A DNA stretch of 64,000 nt, taken from Terriglobia bacterium. Its GTDB lineage: Bacteria; Acidobacteriota; Terriglobia; 2-12-FULL-54-10. The stretch is from positions 544,001-608,000 of the forward strand of contig CAXVYR010000003.1 in assembly GCA_963666975.2 (NCBI GenBank). The letters run 5' to 3'. Below are positions 28,748 to 39,601 of this stretch, piece after piece (the stretch's first letter is position 1; every line of letters starts with the position of its first letter). Under the pieces are notes generated by a model that was not told the DNA's origin, searched no databases, and worked only from the letters and a program-made list of their open reading frames with translations. A program made the translations under genes and the position numbers.

Positions 28748-30067
28748 CTAGGGCTTGGCCTCGGATGGCCGGAACCGGCGCGACTTCAACTCCGCTCGCG
28801 GAAGGGAACCAGGCTGCATAAATTGCAGTCGCGGACGTAAGCTGAGCCGCGTGTGCATTTCTGACACGATCCGCTCCCCCAACGACCGTTGCTGGTCTTC
28901 CGTCATGCTGCCGGTCTCCAGGCGGAGCAACAGCTCATCCATTTCCCGGTCGCGCGTCACTTCGCCCTGAAATTCAACCACCTCCGGAAAGGTCCGCAGG
29001 ATATTTTCAATGGCAGACGGGAAAACATTGATGCCCCGCACGGTCATCATGTCATCGGAGCGGCCCAGGATGCCACCCCGGAGCAGGGCAAAGGTGCGTC
29101 CGCAAATGCATCTCTCTCGTGTCACGACGACCAGGTCGCCCGTCCGGTAACGGATCAGCGGCGAGCCCACGCGGCCCAGGCTCGTCAGCACCACTTCGCC
29201 GCGTTCGCCGTCTGCAACCGGTTCGCAGGTCGCCGGGTCGATCACCTCCAAAATAAACTCACTTTCATTAATGTGCGGTCCGAGTTGGTGCTGGCATTCA
29301 TATCCAGTGGCGCCGATCTCGGTCAGCCCGCAGTGGTCGTAGGCTTTGCTCCCCCATGCCTGTTCGATACGGCGGCGGGTTGAGGGGATTCCCGCCCCGG
29401 TCTCTCCCGCGTGAATCGATATGCGGATTCCGAGACCGGAGCTGTCGATCCCCATAGTGCGCGCCACTTCGGCCAGCCGCAGCGCATAGGTCGGCGTCGC
29501 GAGAAGGACTGTGGGGCGGTTATCGCGCATCGATATGAGCCGTTGCTCCGTGGCCAGTCCGCCCCCGGTGATGGCCAGGCAGCCCATTTGGTGGGCGGCT
29601 TCAAAACCTCCCCAAAAGCCGAGGAAAGGACCGAATGAAAAAGCCGCAAAGATGCGATCACCGGGCTGGACTCCAGCGCCACAGAGCACGAATTTCCACT
29701 GCTTTACGAACGATTGGAAACCTTCCGTGGTGTCCAGCCAGCGCATCGGCACGCCAGTGGTCCCGGAGGTTTGGTGCAAGCGGGTGTAAGCTTCTACCGG
29801 GAAGGTCAGGTTGCTGCCGAACGGCGGATGCGCTGCTTGATCGGCGACCACCTCTGCCTTGGTCGTAAAGGGAACCTTGGATAATCTGCTCAGAGAAATC
29901 GGTTTTTGAATGCCGGCTGCTTGCAGCTTTTGCCGGTAGAAAGGATTACTCTCCAGAACCTGATGCAGCAGTTTGCGGAACCGGCGCTGTTGGAATTTGC
30001 GCAACTCCTCGCGCGGCAAGGTTTCGAGCCGCTGATCGAAAAAAGATGTTTGATTTACTTCCGCCAC
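28748..30067 (-). CDS. Phenylacetate--CoA ligase family (PaaK-like) adenylate-forming enzyme
   Basis: PFTTK, HQTSGTTG, YDHCGLTE, RYRTGD, GRSDDM.TVRGINVFP. Confidence 0.9.
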   Translation of the reverse strand: MAEVNQTSFFDQRLETLPREELRKFQQRRFRKLLHQVLESNPFYRQKLQAAGIQKPISLSRLSKVPFTTKAEVVADQAAHPPFGSNLTFPVEAYTRLHQTSGTTGVPMRWLDTTEGFQSFVKQWKFVLCGAGVQPGDRIFAAFSFGPFLGFWGGFEAAHQMGCLAITGGGLATEQRLISMRDNRPTVLLATPTYALRLAEVARTMGIDSSGLGIRISIHAGETGAGIPSTRRRIEQAWGSKAYDHCGLTEIGATGYECQHQLGPHINESEFILEVIDPATCEPVADGERGEVVLTSLGRVGSPLIRYRTGDLVVVTRERCICGRTFALLRGGILGRSDDMMTVRGINVFPSAIENILRTFPEVVEFQGEVTRDREMDELLLRLETGSMTEDQQRSLGERIVSEMHTRLSLRPRLQFMQPGSLPRAELKSRRFRPSEAKP

Positions 30068-30127
30068 GCGATCTGTCCTTTTACCGATTTTGTTCCGGAA
30101 AGCCGGAGAACCTGCTGGCGTTCGAGT

Positions 30128-31648
30128 TTACAAGACGCCGCTTCCCAGGTTTTCCTGGAGCAGGGCAGCCGCCTGCGATGCAAAATTTAACACTGATTGA
30201 GGAAAGATGCCCAGCAGGAATGTTGCCGCTACGCTGAAGATCAAAACCAACCCCACAAGTCGCGGCACCCTTTCGACGGGGATTTGCTCGGCGGCGGGAT
30301 GCATGTACATGAAGACAATCACACGCAAATAATAATAGGCTGCGATGGCGCTGTTCATCACTCCCAATACGGTCAGCCACACTAAATCAGCGCGCAGTGC
30401 AGCCTTAAAAATAAAAAATTTTCCTAAAAACCCGCCGGTCAGCGGAATCCCGATCAGCGACAGCAGAAACACGGTCATGCTGGCCGCCAGCAAGGGGGCG
30501 CGATACCCCAGACCGGCGTAATGATCCAACTCCACATACCGTTCCCCCCGGTTTCCAAAATGGCTGACGACAACAAACGCCCCAATATTCATGAAGGCGT
30601 AGGCGGCCAGGTAAAACATCACTGCGGCAACGCCTTCCTCCGAGTGCGCCGTGAAGGCCACCAGCATATATCCGGCATGGGCAATAGAGGAGTAAGCCAG
30701 CATGCGCTTGATGTTGGTTTGCAGCAAGGCGGCGAGGTTTCCCAGCACCATCGAGAGCAGCCCGGAAACCCACAACAACCAGGCCCAGTCCTGCGCGGAA
30801 CTTTCCAAGGCAACCATGAAGACTCGCAGGAAAACGGCGAAGGCGGCGGCCTTCGGTCCGGTCGAGAGAAAGGCGGTGACCGGGGTGGGAGCGCCCTGAT
30901 AGACATCGGGCGTCCAAATCTGAAATGGGGCGGCGGATACTTTGAAAGCAAAGCCTACAAACAGCAAGGCAATGGAAAGTCCCACCAGGGCGGTTGGAAC
31001 CGGACCGATCAGCGGAGTCAACTGGGGGCTTGCCAACGCTGTCACGGTATTCTGTTCCGCCTGAAGAGCGAGGTGAATCTCGGTCAAGTTAGTGGTGCCG
31101 GTTGCGCCGAACATCAGCGCAATTCCGTACAACAGAAACGCGGTTGCGAACGAACCCAGCAAGAAATACTTCAAGGCCGACTCGCTGCTGGTGGCAACGC
31201 CGCGCCGGAAACCAACCAGGATATAACTGGCCAGCGAGGAAATTTCCAGCCCGATGAAGATCAGAATCAGTTCGCTCGAGGAGGCCATCAACCCCATGCC
31301 CATGGTCGCGAACAGAAGCAGCGCGTGGTACTCGCCGGAAGGGAGTCTTTCTTGGGCCGCGTATTCCGAAGAGGAGAGCACGACCAAAGCGGTGATGAGG
31401 AAAAAAAGAATATGAAAGAAAGCGCTGAAGGGATCGACTTCGAGCATTCCCCCGAAGGCCGGGTCCAAGCTGCGCCACGGGTACTGGTAGACGATGGCCC
31501 CGGCGGCTCCCAGCAGTCCAAGCAACGCTATGGCGGGGTGCCATCGGCCAGCGCTCTGCTTTTGGAACGCACCCAGGAGCATCACCACGATACCGGCCAC
31601 GGCCAGAATGATCTCCGGCAAGATAGGAATAAGGTCCGAAGTTGGCAT
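30128..31648 (-). CDS. nuoN: NADH-quinone oxidoreductase subunit N
   Basis: ESALKYFLLGS, FKVSAAPFQIWTPDVYQGAPTP, KRMLAYSSIAHAGY. Confidence 0.97.
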   Translation of the reverse strand: MPTSDLIPILPEIILAVAGIVVMLLGAFQKQSAGRWHPAIALLGLLGAAGAIVYQYPWRSLDPAFGGMLEVDPFSAFFHILFFLITALVVLSSSEYAAQERLPSGEYHALLLFATMGMGLMASSSELILIFIGLEISSLASYILVGFRRGVATSSESALKYFLLGSFATAFLLYGIALMFGATGTTNLTEIHLALQAEQNTVTALASPQLTPLIGPVPTALVGLSIALLFVGFAFKVSAAPFQIWTPDVYQGAPTPVTAFLSTGPKAAAFAVFLRVFMVALESSAQDWAWLLWVSGLLSMVLGNLAALLQTNIKRMLAYSSIAHAGYMLVAFTAHSEEGVAAVMFYLAAYAFMNIGAFVVVSHFGNRGERYVELDHYAGLGYRAPLLAASMTVFLLSLIGIPLTGGFLGKFFIFKAALRADLVWLTVLGVMNSAIAAYYYLRVIVFMYMHPAAEQIPVERVPRLVGLVLIFSVAATFLLGIFPQSVLNFASQAAALLQENLGSGVL

Positions 31649-31651
31649 ACT

Positions 31652-33265
31652 TTAATACGCGATTCCGGAAACTGTTTCTCCACTTCGCTCGTCTTTGGGA
31701 AGCGGCGAGAAAGCAGGGTTTCGCGGAGCCATGAGCCGGACAGCTTGCCGCTGCTGATTTTCCGGCGAATCGTCCTGGACGTGAATTTCGGACCCGCCCA
31801 CGCGCTCCAGAATGGACAGGGTGGAAGCGTCCATCTTGCGCAGGAAAAAGGGCGAACAAACTCCCAGCAGCAGCATCAGAAACACTGTGGGAAGCAAGAT
31901 GCCTTTTTCCAGGCGGTCGAGGTCCGGCATATTTTGATTTTCAGGACGGACCTCGCCCAGGAAAACGCGCTGGTACATCCAGAGCATATAGATCACAGCC
32001 AGCACGACGCCTGTCGCCGCCAGCACCGCGTAAAGGCTCCGCACCTGCCAGACGCCGAGCAGAATCAAAAATTCTCCAACGAAGTTGTTCAGCAGAGGGA
32101 GGCCTATGCTGGACAATGAGGTAATCATGAAGAAAACGGCCAAGGCCGGCGCGGGAGTAGCCAGTCCGCCCATATCCCGGATGAAGTGACTGTGCCGCCG
32201 CTCATAAATCATGCCGACCATCAAGAAGAGCGCTCCGGTAGAGATGCCGTGATTGATCATCTGATAAACGGCCCCTTCGACCGCTGTTTGATGAAAGGAG
32301 AAAATTCCGAGCACGACGAATCCCAGGTGGCTCACCGAGGTGTAGGCGATCAGTTTTTTTAGATTCGGCTGCACCATTGCGACCAATCCGCCGTAGATGA
32401 TTCCGACAACGGCCAGGACGCTGATGGCTGACGCCAGCTCGCGGGCGGCATAGGGGAACAGCGGCAGGCAGAACCGCAGCAGGCCGTAGGTTCCCATTTT
32501 CAGCAGAACCCCTGCGAGCATCACGGAACCGGCCGTAGGCGCTTCCACGTGGGCGTCGGGCAGCCATGTATGCAGCGGAAACAGGGGGACCTTGACTGCG
32601 AAGGCGATAAAAAATGCCAGGAATAGCCATATCTGTTGTGTGCGGGATAGCACGAGCGTTCCGGAAGCGATAGCGCTCAAAATCCTCTGGGAATCGAAAG
32701 TTCCGGACAGATTGTAGAGCCAAATGATGGCAACCAGCATCAGCAGGGAACCGAACAGCGTGTACAGGAAAAATTTCAGCGCCGCGTAGACGCGCCGTTC
32801 GTGGCCCCATACGCCGATCAAGAAATACATGGGGATCAGACTGACTTCCCAGAACACATAGAACAAGAACAGATCAACCGAAACGAAAACACCGAGCGTG
32901 CCGGTTTCCAGCAGCAATAAAAAGAAGAAAAATTCCTTGGTATGTTCCTGGATCGAGCGCCAGGAAATTAGGACGCAAAGGATACTCAGGAATGTGACCA
33001 GCAAAACCAGGAACAGGCTGATGCCGTCCACGCCCACGTGATAGCGGATCGAGAGCGAATCGATCCAGCTCCGGTCGGTTACAAACTGCATCCCGGCGGT
33101 TTGCTCCGAAAAGCGAAAAGGGAGAACCAGAGAAAGCAGGAAAGTCACAATGGACACGCCCAGCGCCAGTCCGCGTATCGCGGCGGGCTGCTGCCGGGGA
33201 ACAAGGAGCAGCACCACAGCCCCGGCGGCGGGCAAAAAGAGAATGCAGTTGAGCAGAGTGTTCAT
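31652..33265 (-). CDS. nuoM: NADH-quinone oxidoreductase subunit M
   Basis: GVDGIS, FYVFWEVSLIPMY, PLHTWLPDAHVEAPT, LLKMGTYG. Confidence 0.97.
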   Translation of the reverse strand: MNTLLNCILFLPAAGAVVLLLVPRQQPAAIRGLALGVSIVTFLLSLVLPFRFSEQTAGMQFVTDRSWIDSLSIRYHVGVDGISLFLVLLVTFLSILCVLISWRSIQEHTKEFFFFLLLLETGTLGVFVSVDLFLFYVFWEVSLIPMYFLIGVWGHERRVYAALKFFLYTLFGSLLMLVAIIWLYNLSGTFDSQRILSAIASGTLVLSRTQQIWLFLAFFIAFAVKVPLFPLHTWLPDAHVEAPTAGSVMLAGVLLKMGTYGLLRFCLPLFPYAARELASAISVLAVVGIIYGGLVAMVQPNLKKLIAYTSVSHLGFVVLGIFSFHQTAVEGAVYQMINHGISTGALFLMVGMIYERRHSHFIRDMGGLATPAPALAVFFMITSLSSIGLPLLNNFVGEFLILLGVWQVRSLYAVLAATGVVLAVIYMLWMYQRVFLGEVRPENQNMPDLDRLEKGILLPTVFLMLLLGVCSPFFLRKMDASTLSILERVGGSEIHVQDDSPENQQRQAVRLMAPRNPAFSPLPKDERSGETVSGIAY

Positions 33266-35187
33266 GCGGCCACCGTGACCATGAAGCCAATCAGCAAGAG
33301 CGCTCCGATCACCACCCAGCCGGCGTAAGAGCGGATGTTGCCGGACTGAATCTTGCGCAAGGTGTCGCCAAAGCCGCGAGTCGCGCGTGCGGCGAGGTTC
33401 ACCGTGCCGTCTATTGCTTTGACATCCAGGGTTTTCCAAAGCACCTCGGTGGAACCCAGAATCAGAGGTTTCACGAAGAGGAAGCGATAAATCTCATCGA
33501 CGTAGTACTTGTTGAGCAGCAGCCGGTAAATCCCCCCGGAAGCTTGGGCCAAACGGTCGGCGGCCTCCCGGCGCTTGAGAAAAAGATAGTAAGCGATGTA
33601 TACGCCCAGCGCTGCCATGGCCAGCGAGAGCCCCATCAGCAGGAACTCGATGGATTCTTTACCGGCGGCATGCGCCGCTGCAGGAGCTGCCAGAACCGGC
33701 TCCAGCCAGTGTTCGAAATGATTGCTGCCTCCCAAAAATTGTGGCCAGCCAATCCAGCCGCCGATGAGCGAAAGCACGGCCAGGACGATTAACGGAACCG
33801 TCATGACCTTGGGTGACTCGTGTATGTGCGAGGCAACCTCCGGATCGGCTCGGGATTCACCAAAAAAGGTGAGAAAGACCAGGCGTCCGATATACACGGC
33901 GGTCAAACCCGCCGTCAGCAAAGCAATTACCCAGAAGAGGGGTCCGGCTCCGGTGGAGCTGGTGAAAGTTCTCCAGAGAATCTCATCTTTGCTGAAGAAT
34001 CCTGCAAAGGGAAAAGCCCCAATCAGCGCCAGGGATGCGAACAGAAAAGTCCAGAAGGTAATGGGGATTTTTTTGCGTAATCCGCCCATTTTGCGGATGT
34101 CCTGCTCGCCGCCCATCGCGTGGATTACGCTGCCGGCCCCCAAAAACAGCAAGGCCTTAAAAAATGCGTGCGTCATCAAGTGGAATACCGCTGCGCCGAA
34201 GGCGCCCACGCCGCAGGCCATCACCATATAACCGAGCTGGCTGATGGTGGAATAAGCCAGAATCCGTTTAATGTCGGTTTGCAGGATGCCGATGGTTGCG
34301 GCATAGAGCGCCGTGATACAGCCGATGACCGCCACGACCAGCAACGCTTCCGGAGCTTGCACATAAATCGGGCTGGAGCGTGCGATGATATAGACGCCGG
34401 CGGTGACCATGGTGGCCGCGTGGATCAGCGCGCTGACCGGCGTAGGTCCCAGCATGGCGTCCGGGAGCCAGATGTACAGCGGAATCTGGGCGGATTTCCC
34501 GACGGCCCCGGCCAGCAGCAGCAGGCCGATCAGGGTGAGGACGCCTGATCCGTCCGAGTCCACTGGAAACTGCGCGGCCTCCGCGAAGATCACCGGAAAA
34601 TCCAGCGAGCCGAAGGTTGTGTAGAGCACGATCAAGCCGAGCAGAAAACCGAGGTCGCCCAGGCGCGTGACGATGAACGCCTTCTTGCCGGCATCGGCGG
34701 CGTCCTCCCGGCGGAAGTAATACCCGATCAAAAGATAGGAACAAAGCCCGACTCCCTCCCATCCCACCAACAGCAGCAGGTAATTGCCGGCCAGAACCAA
34801 AGTCAGCATAAAGAACAGGAACAGGTTCATGTAGGCGAAGAACCGGTGGACCCCCTTCTCGCCCGACATATAGCCGATGGAATAGATATGGATGAGCAGG
34901 CCCACGCCGGTTACAACCAGCGACATGACGGCGGAAAGAGGGTCGAGATAGAGATTGAAATCTACATGAAAATCGGCGCCGGCAATCCAGGGGAAGTACG
35001 ACTCCATGCGGGCTGCGTCGCCGAGGCTGAAGCAGGCAATGAGAGCGAGCAGAAAGGAACAGGCAACGGCGCCGACGGCAATCGCGGCAATCCCCCGAAG
35101 CGAAAGACGTTTCCCCCAAAGCCCGTTCAACGCAGCGCCCAGAAGCGGAAGAATCGGGATCAGCCACAATGGAAGACTTGTATCCAT
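33262..35187 (-). CDS. nuoL: NADH-quinone oxidoreductase subunit L
   Basis: GWEGVGLCSYLLIG, GKSAQIPLYIWLPDAM.GPTPVSALIHAATMV, HAFFKALLFL. Confidence 0.97.
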   Translation of the reverse strand: MDTSLPLWLIPILPLLGAALNGLWGKRLSLRGIAAIAVGAVACSFLLALIACFSLGDAARMESYFPWIAGADFHVDFNLYLDPLSAVMSLVVTGVGLLIHIYSIGYMSGEKGVHRFFAYMNLFLFFMLTLVLAGNYLLLLVGWEGVGLCSYLLIGYYFRREDAADAGKKAFIVTRLGDLGFLLGLIVLYTTFGSLDFPVIFAEAAQFPVDSDGSGVLTLIGLLLLAGAVGKSAQIPLYIWLPDAMLGPTPVSALIHAATMVTAGVYIIARSSPIYVQAPEALLVVAVIGCITALYAATIGILQTDIKRILAYSTISQLGYMVMACGVGAFGAAVFHLMTHAFFKALLFLGAGSVIHAMGGEQDIRKMGGLRKKIPITFWTFLFASLALIGAFPFAGFFSKDEILWRTFTSSTGAGPLFWVIALLTAGLTAVYIGRLVFLTFFGESRADPEVASHIHESPKVMTVPLIVLAVLSLIGGWIGWPQFLGGSNHFEHWLEPVLAAPAAAHAAGKESIEFLLMGLSLAMAALGVYIAYYLFLKRREAADRLAQASGGIYRLLLNKYYVDEIYRFLFVKPLILGSTEVLWKTLDVKAIDGTVNLAARATRGFGDTLRKIQSGNIRSYAGWVVIGALLLIGFMVTVAA

Positions 35188-35297
35188 TCTTTACTTCGCT
35201 TTGCTTAAAAAGAACTTCCTTTGCTAAAAGAACTTCGCGATCAGAAACCGTCACTCCGTCCAGGCAGCGCCCCGGCATGGCAGGTCTGCTACTTTCG

Positions 35298-35600
35298 TCA
35301 AAGTTTCATCAGATCAATCCGGTCCACGTTGAGTGATTCGCGGTTCCTGAAGACGGTAATAATAATCGCCAGTCCAATCGTCGCTTCCGCCGCCGCAACC
35401 ACCATCACAAAAAACACGAATATCTGGCCGTCCAGTTGCCGCAGAGAATAGGAAAGCGACACGAAGGTGAGATTGACGGCGTTCAGCATCAACTCCACGG
35501 ACATGAATATCGTGACGATGTTGCGCTTGAAAAGAAACCCGGCAACACCAATCACAAACAAGATTGCGGCCAGAATCAGATAATAGGAAAGGGGAACCAT
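35298..35600 (-). CDS. nuoK: NADH-quinone oxidoreductase subunit K
   Basis: FMSVELMLNAVNL, VAAAEATIGLAI. Confidence 0.96.
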   Translation of the reverse strand: MVPLSYYLILAAILFVIGVAGFLFKRNIVTIFMSVELMLNAVNLTFVSLSYSLRQLDGQIFVFFVMVVAAAEATIGLAIIITVFRNRESLNVDRIDLMKL

Positions 35601-35662
35601 TGTTTTCTCAATTCCTCGCGGCAAAGTCGATCTTCTGGAGACATTCGCCCGTGCTCCCGGGT

Positions 35663-36157
35663 TTAGGGCTCTTTTTTGGCCAGAACAATTGCCCCGATGA
35701 TGGCGATTAAAATCAGGATGGAGATCACCTCAAAGGGAAGCAGGAAGTCCCGGAACAGGAGCCGCCCGATTGCAGCCGTTTGGCCGGGGAAGTCTCCGAA
35801 TTGCACCATCGCGTCTCCGGGAAACTGGCGGTAGATCACCACCGTGACCATGGCCAGCAGAAGGAAGAGCAAGGGCAGGCCGAGATACTTGGCCACCTTG
35901 CTGCGGTCGCTCTGTTCTTCCTCGTCGGCGTTCAAGAGCATGATGACGAAGACGAACAGGACCATCACAGCCCCGGCATAGACGATCACCTGCACCACGG
36001 CGATGAACTCGGCGCCCAGCATGAGGTAGAGCGACGCCAGCGAGCCCATGACCCCGATCAGCGAAAGAGCGCTGTGAATGGGGTGCCGCTGGATGAGCAG
36101 GTTGATTGCAAACCCAACCGCAGCCGCTGCGAAGAGAAAAAAGAGCGCTTGATACAT
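35663..36157 (-). CDS. nuoJ: NADH-quinone oxidoreductase subunit J
   Basis: HPIHSAL, AEFIAVVQVIVYAGAVMVLFVFVIMLL, LLPFE. Confidence 0.96.
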   Translation of the reverse strand: MYQALFFLFAAAAVGFAINLLIQRHPIHSALSLIGVMGSLASLYLMLGAEFIAVVQVIVYAGAVMVLFVFVIMLLNADEEEQSDRSKVAKYLGLPLLFLLLAMVTVVIYRQFPGDAMVQFGDFPGQTAAIGRLLFRDFLLPFEVISILILIAIIGAIVLAKKEP

Positions 36158-36178
36158 CGCGGCATTTCCTTGCGATCG

Positions 36179-37228
36179 CTAGGACCAGAAACGAGACAGC
36201 GCTGGCCAGGCAACCATCACAAAACTGGTGAGGATCACGTTCCCGAGCGCCACCGGCATCAGAAACTTCCATCCAAACGCCATGAGCTGGTCATAGCGGA
36301 AACGAGGCAAGGTCCCCCGAAGCCAGACGTAGACGAACAGGAAGCAAAAAACCTTTAATGCGAACCAAAACAAGGGCAGGATCACCTGCAGGAACGGCGG
36401 ACCGAACAAGGGGCCGTGCCATCCCCCGAAAAACAAAACGGTCGCTACGCAAGAGACGGCGACCATGTTGGCGTACTCGGCCATGAAAAACATCGCAAAT
36501 TTCATGCTGCTGTACTCGGTATGATAACCGGCTACCAGCTCCGTTTCCGCTTCCGGCATGTCAAAGGGCAGGCGGTTGGTCTCCGCAATCGCTCCCACAT
36601 AAAAACAAAAGAAACCCACGATCTGGGGAAAGACATGCCAGCGCGGCAGAAATCCCCAATAGGTTCCTGCCTGAGCATCCACAATGGTTCGCAGACTCAA
36701 GCTGCCGGTCATCAGCAGCACGCCGACCACAGAGAGGCCGACGGCCAGCTCGTAACTAATCATCTGGGCGGTGCTGCGCAGGCTGCCCAGCAAGGAGTAC
36801 TTGCTGTTGGAGGACCATCCGGCCAGGGCGATTCCATAAACCGCCATGGAACTGACGGCAAACAGGAACAACAGGCCGATATCCGGGTCGGCCACTTGAA
36901 ACGCCTCCACGCCGCCCAGGGTGAGGGACGGGCCGAAGGGAATGACCGCAAATGCCAGCAGGGCAAAGACCAGCGATAGCAGCGGCGCCAAGGTATAGAT
37001 GAACCGAAAGGCGCTGCTCGGAGTGATGTCCTCTTTGGTAAGAAGTTTCACGGCATCGGCCAAAGGCTGTAACAGTCCGTGCGGTCCCACACGGGTCGGA
37101 CCCCACCGGGACTGCATGCGCGCCACCACTTTCCGCTCAAACAGAACGGCATAGGCTACGGCCGTCAACAGCACGACCAGGATGAGCACAATTTTGACCA
37201 GCGTGAACAGAATCACCGCGGGTGGCAT
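36179..37228 (-). CDS. nuoH: NADH-quinone oxidoreductase subunit H
   Basis: ERKV..RMQ.R.GP.RVG, GLLQPLAD, AQMISYE, AETNRLPFD.PEAE.ELVAG. Confidence 0.97.
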   Translation of the reverse strand: MPPAVILFTLVKIVLILVVLLTAVAYAVLFERKVVARMQSRWGPTRVGPHGLLQPLADAVKLLTKEDITPSSAFRFIYTLAPLLSLVFALLAFAVIPFGPSLTLGGVEAFQVADPDIGLLFLFAVSSMAVYGIALAGWSSNSKYSLLGSLRSTAQMISYELAVGLSVVGVLLMTGSLSLRTIVDAQAGTYWGFLPRWHVFPQIVGFFCFYVGAIAETNRLPFDMPEAETELVAGYHTEYSSMKFAMFFMAEYANMVAVSCVATVLFFGGWHGPLFGPPFLQVILPLFWFALKVFCFLFVYVWLRGTLPRFRYDQLMAFGWKFLMPVALGNVILTSFVMVAWPALSRFWS

Positions 37229-37270
37229 AAGCGCGTCTCGAATAACGGGCCAGGCTTTTTTTCTTGCAGT

Positions 37271-39595
37271 TTAAGCCGGGTCAGGCTCTTTCCGTATGGC
37301 TCGCTCGGGAACCAAGTTCAAAATATTACTGAAGCGTCCCAAGGTTCCCGAAGTGAACAGTGTATCTTGTGCCGAGTAAACTCGTCCGGACGTTTCTGCC
37401 GGAGCTGCAAGCGGTTTGAAACCGTTCGGATTGAGAACAGCCTCAGCCCCGCCGGCCAGCACATTAGCGAGCGGAATATTATATTCCGGCACCATTTGAC
37501 GAATCTCTTCGAGCGCTTCCTCGGGCCGGCACGGGTGGAGCGCGGCTCCCATAGCGGCTGCCAGGCTTTCGAAAATTTGCAGATCCGTCCGGGTTCCCAG
37601 AACCCCTATCGCTTTGCGCAACCGTTGCAGCTCTCCGCAGGTATTCGTCACGGTGCCCGATTTCTCGTATGCGCTGGCGGCCGGCAGCACGACGTCGGCG
37701 GCTTGCGCCGTCTCCTGGAGAAACAAGTCTTGCACCACCAAGAATGTCTTGCCGCGAAAATCCGCGGGATTGCGTCCCTTCAAGGGGTTCGCGCCCACCA
37801 CGTACAGCGAATCCATGCCGCCCTGCAGTGTAGCCGTCACCATTTCGTCCACCGAAAGTCCCGATGTTTCCGGTATGGGCGTTTTCCATCGATTCTCGAA
37901 AAAGGCGCGAGCCACAGCGTCCTCAACCGGGCGGTACCCGGGCAACAGGTGCGGCAGCAGCCCCATGTCAGAAGCGCCCCGCGAGTTGCTGGAGTCGCCC
38001 AAGACAATGTAACGTGTTCGTCCGGACAACTGGCTTCCCATGCGGATTAACAGCGAAACGTCCGGCCCCGTGATCTCGTCTCCGAAAACAACGATCACAT
38101 CTTTCTCTTCCTGTAAACGATTCCGGAAATCATGGAGAAGGTCTGAGGTGACAGGGTCCCCGCTGGGAGTTTTGCCCAGCAAAGCTTGACCGGCTTCCGG
38201 TTCTCCGCAAAGGTAGCGCAGCGCATCTGCTTCGTGTCCCAAGCCCAAAGGCAGGAAACGATGACTCTGGCGGAGCAGGGGAATCCGCCGGGAATTAATG
38301 ATGTATAGCCTGGCACCGTTGCGACGGCAGGCCTCCCGGATGTTCCATGCGATCAACGGGTGCTGCTCGGTGGGATTGTTGCCGACGAGCAGGATTGCGG
38401 AGGCTCCGACAATATCTTTTGATCGAGCCAGAGGCGGCCGTTGGGCCTGTGCCGGCTGCTCTGGGGACTCATTCGCCAGAGCATGGATCAGGGCGGCATA
38501 GTCAGCCGTGCGGTGATGGTCCACGTGATTGGTCTGGAGAACGGTCCGCGCGAATTTCTGCAATAAATAGTTCTCTTCATTGGTGGTGTGATTGGAGGCG
38601 ATCACACCAAAGCCTTTCGAGCGTTTCTCAGAGGTCCCGGCCAAGATGTTATTCGCAGCCTCGTTCCGGCGAGAGAGAATTTCACCCCACTTGGCGGCAA
38701 CCATCCCGATGGCTTCTTCCCAGGTGGTTGCGACCAGTTCCTGTCCTTTGCGAACCAACGGCTGCCGGAGCCGCGAGGGATGCTCGACGAAGTCATAGGC
38801 GTAGCGGCCTTTGATGCAGAGAAACTCTCCGTTGATCCCGCTGCGGTCACGGTTGTTTCCGCGAAGAATCTTGTTATTCCGCACGCTCAATGTTGTTTTG
38901 CAGCCATCGCCGCAGTGGGTGCAGATGGTGCTGGTATACTGAATCTCCCAAGGCCGCGCCTTGTAGCGATAAGCGCCGCTGGTCAGCGCCCCCACCGGGC
39001 AAATGTCGATGCACATCCCGCACTCTTCGCACTCCAGATGATCGCCGTGATTGGGAGCAATCTCCGTGCGGGCTCCTCGGTTGACTACGCTCAAGGCTCC
39101 CACGCCCATTCCTTCGTCGCAGACGCGCACGCAGCGGTAACAAAGGATGCAGCGCGGAGCGTCGAAATAGACCACCGGGGACCACTGTTGTTCCTCCACG
39201 TGACGCTTTGCTTCGCCATAGCGGCTTTCGGAGGCGCCGTAACGGAACACCATGTCCTGCAATTCGCACTCCCCGCCTTTGTCGCAGACCGGGCAGTCCA
39301 GCGGATGATTCCCCAGCAGGAACTCCAGCATGGAACGGCGGGCTTGGGCCACCTGCTCGGTGTTCGAGCGCACGATCATCCCTTCGGTGGCGGGAACGGT
39401 ACAGGCGGTTTGGAGTTTGGGCGCTTTCTCAATCTCCACCAGGCACATGCGGCAGGCCGCTTGCAAGGAAAGCCCCGGATAGTAACAGAAGGAAGGAACC
39501 TCAATTCCCGCCGCGCGGCAGGCATCAATCAGCAGGGTCCCTCGCTGCACCTCCAGTTCCCGGTCGTCCAGTCGAATTTTTACCATTTCACCCAT
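37271..39595 (-). CDS. nuoG: NADH-quinone oxidoreductase subunit G
   Basis: ACRMCLVE, NHPLDCPVCDKGGECELQD, CILCYRC, CTHCGDGC. Confidence 0.96.
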   Translation of the reverse strand: MGEMVKIRLDDRELEVQRGTLLIDACRAAGIEVPSFCYYPGLSLQAACRMCLVEIEKAPKLQTACTVPATEGMIVRSNTEQVAQARRSMLEFLLGNHPLDCPVCDKGGECELQDMVFRYGASESRYGEAKRHVEEQQWSPVVYFDAPRCILCYRCVRVCDEGMGVGALSVVNRGARTEIAPNHGDHLECEECGMCIDICPVGALTSGAYRYKARPWEIQYTSTICTHCGDGCKTTLSVRNNKILRGNNRDRSGINGEFLCIKGRYAYDFVEHPSRLRQPLVRKGQELVATTWEEAIGMVAAKWGEILSRRNEAANNILAGTSEKRSKGFGVIASNHTTNEENYLLQKFARTVLQTNHVDHHRTADYAALIHALANESPEQPAQAQRPPLARSKDIVGASAILLVGNNPTEQHPLIAWNIREACRRNGARLYIINSRRIPLLRQSHRFLPLGLGHEADALRYLCGEPEAGQALLGKTPSGDPVTSDLLHDFRNRLQEEKDVIVVFGDEITGPDVSLLIRMGSQLSGRTRYIVLGDSSNSRGASDMGLLPHLLPGYRPVEDAVARAFFENRWKTPIPETSGLSVDEMVTATLQGGMDSLYVVGANPLKGRNPADFRGKTFLVVQDLFLQETAQAADVVLPAASAYEKSGTVTNTCGELQRLRKAIGVLGTRTDLQIFESLAAAMGAALHPCRPEEALEEIRQMVPEYNIPLANVLAGGAEAVLNPNGFKPLAAPAETSGRVYSAQDTLFTSGTLGRFSNILNLVPERAIRKEPDPA

Positions 39596-39601
39596 CAGCG
39601 T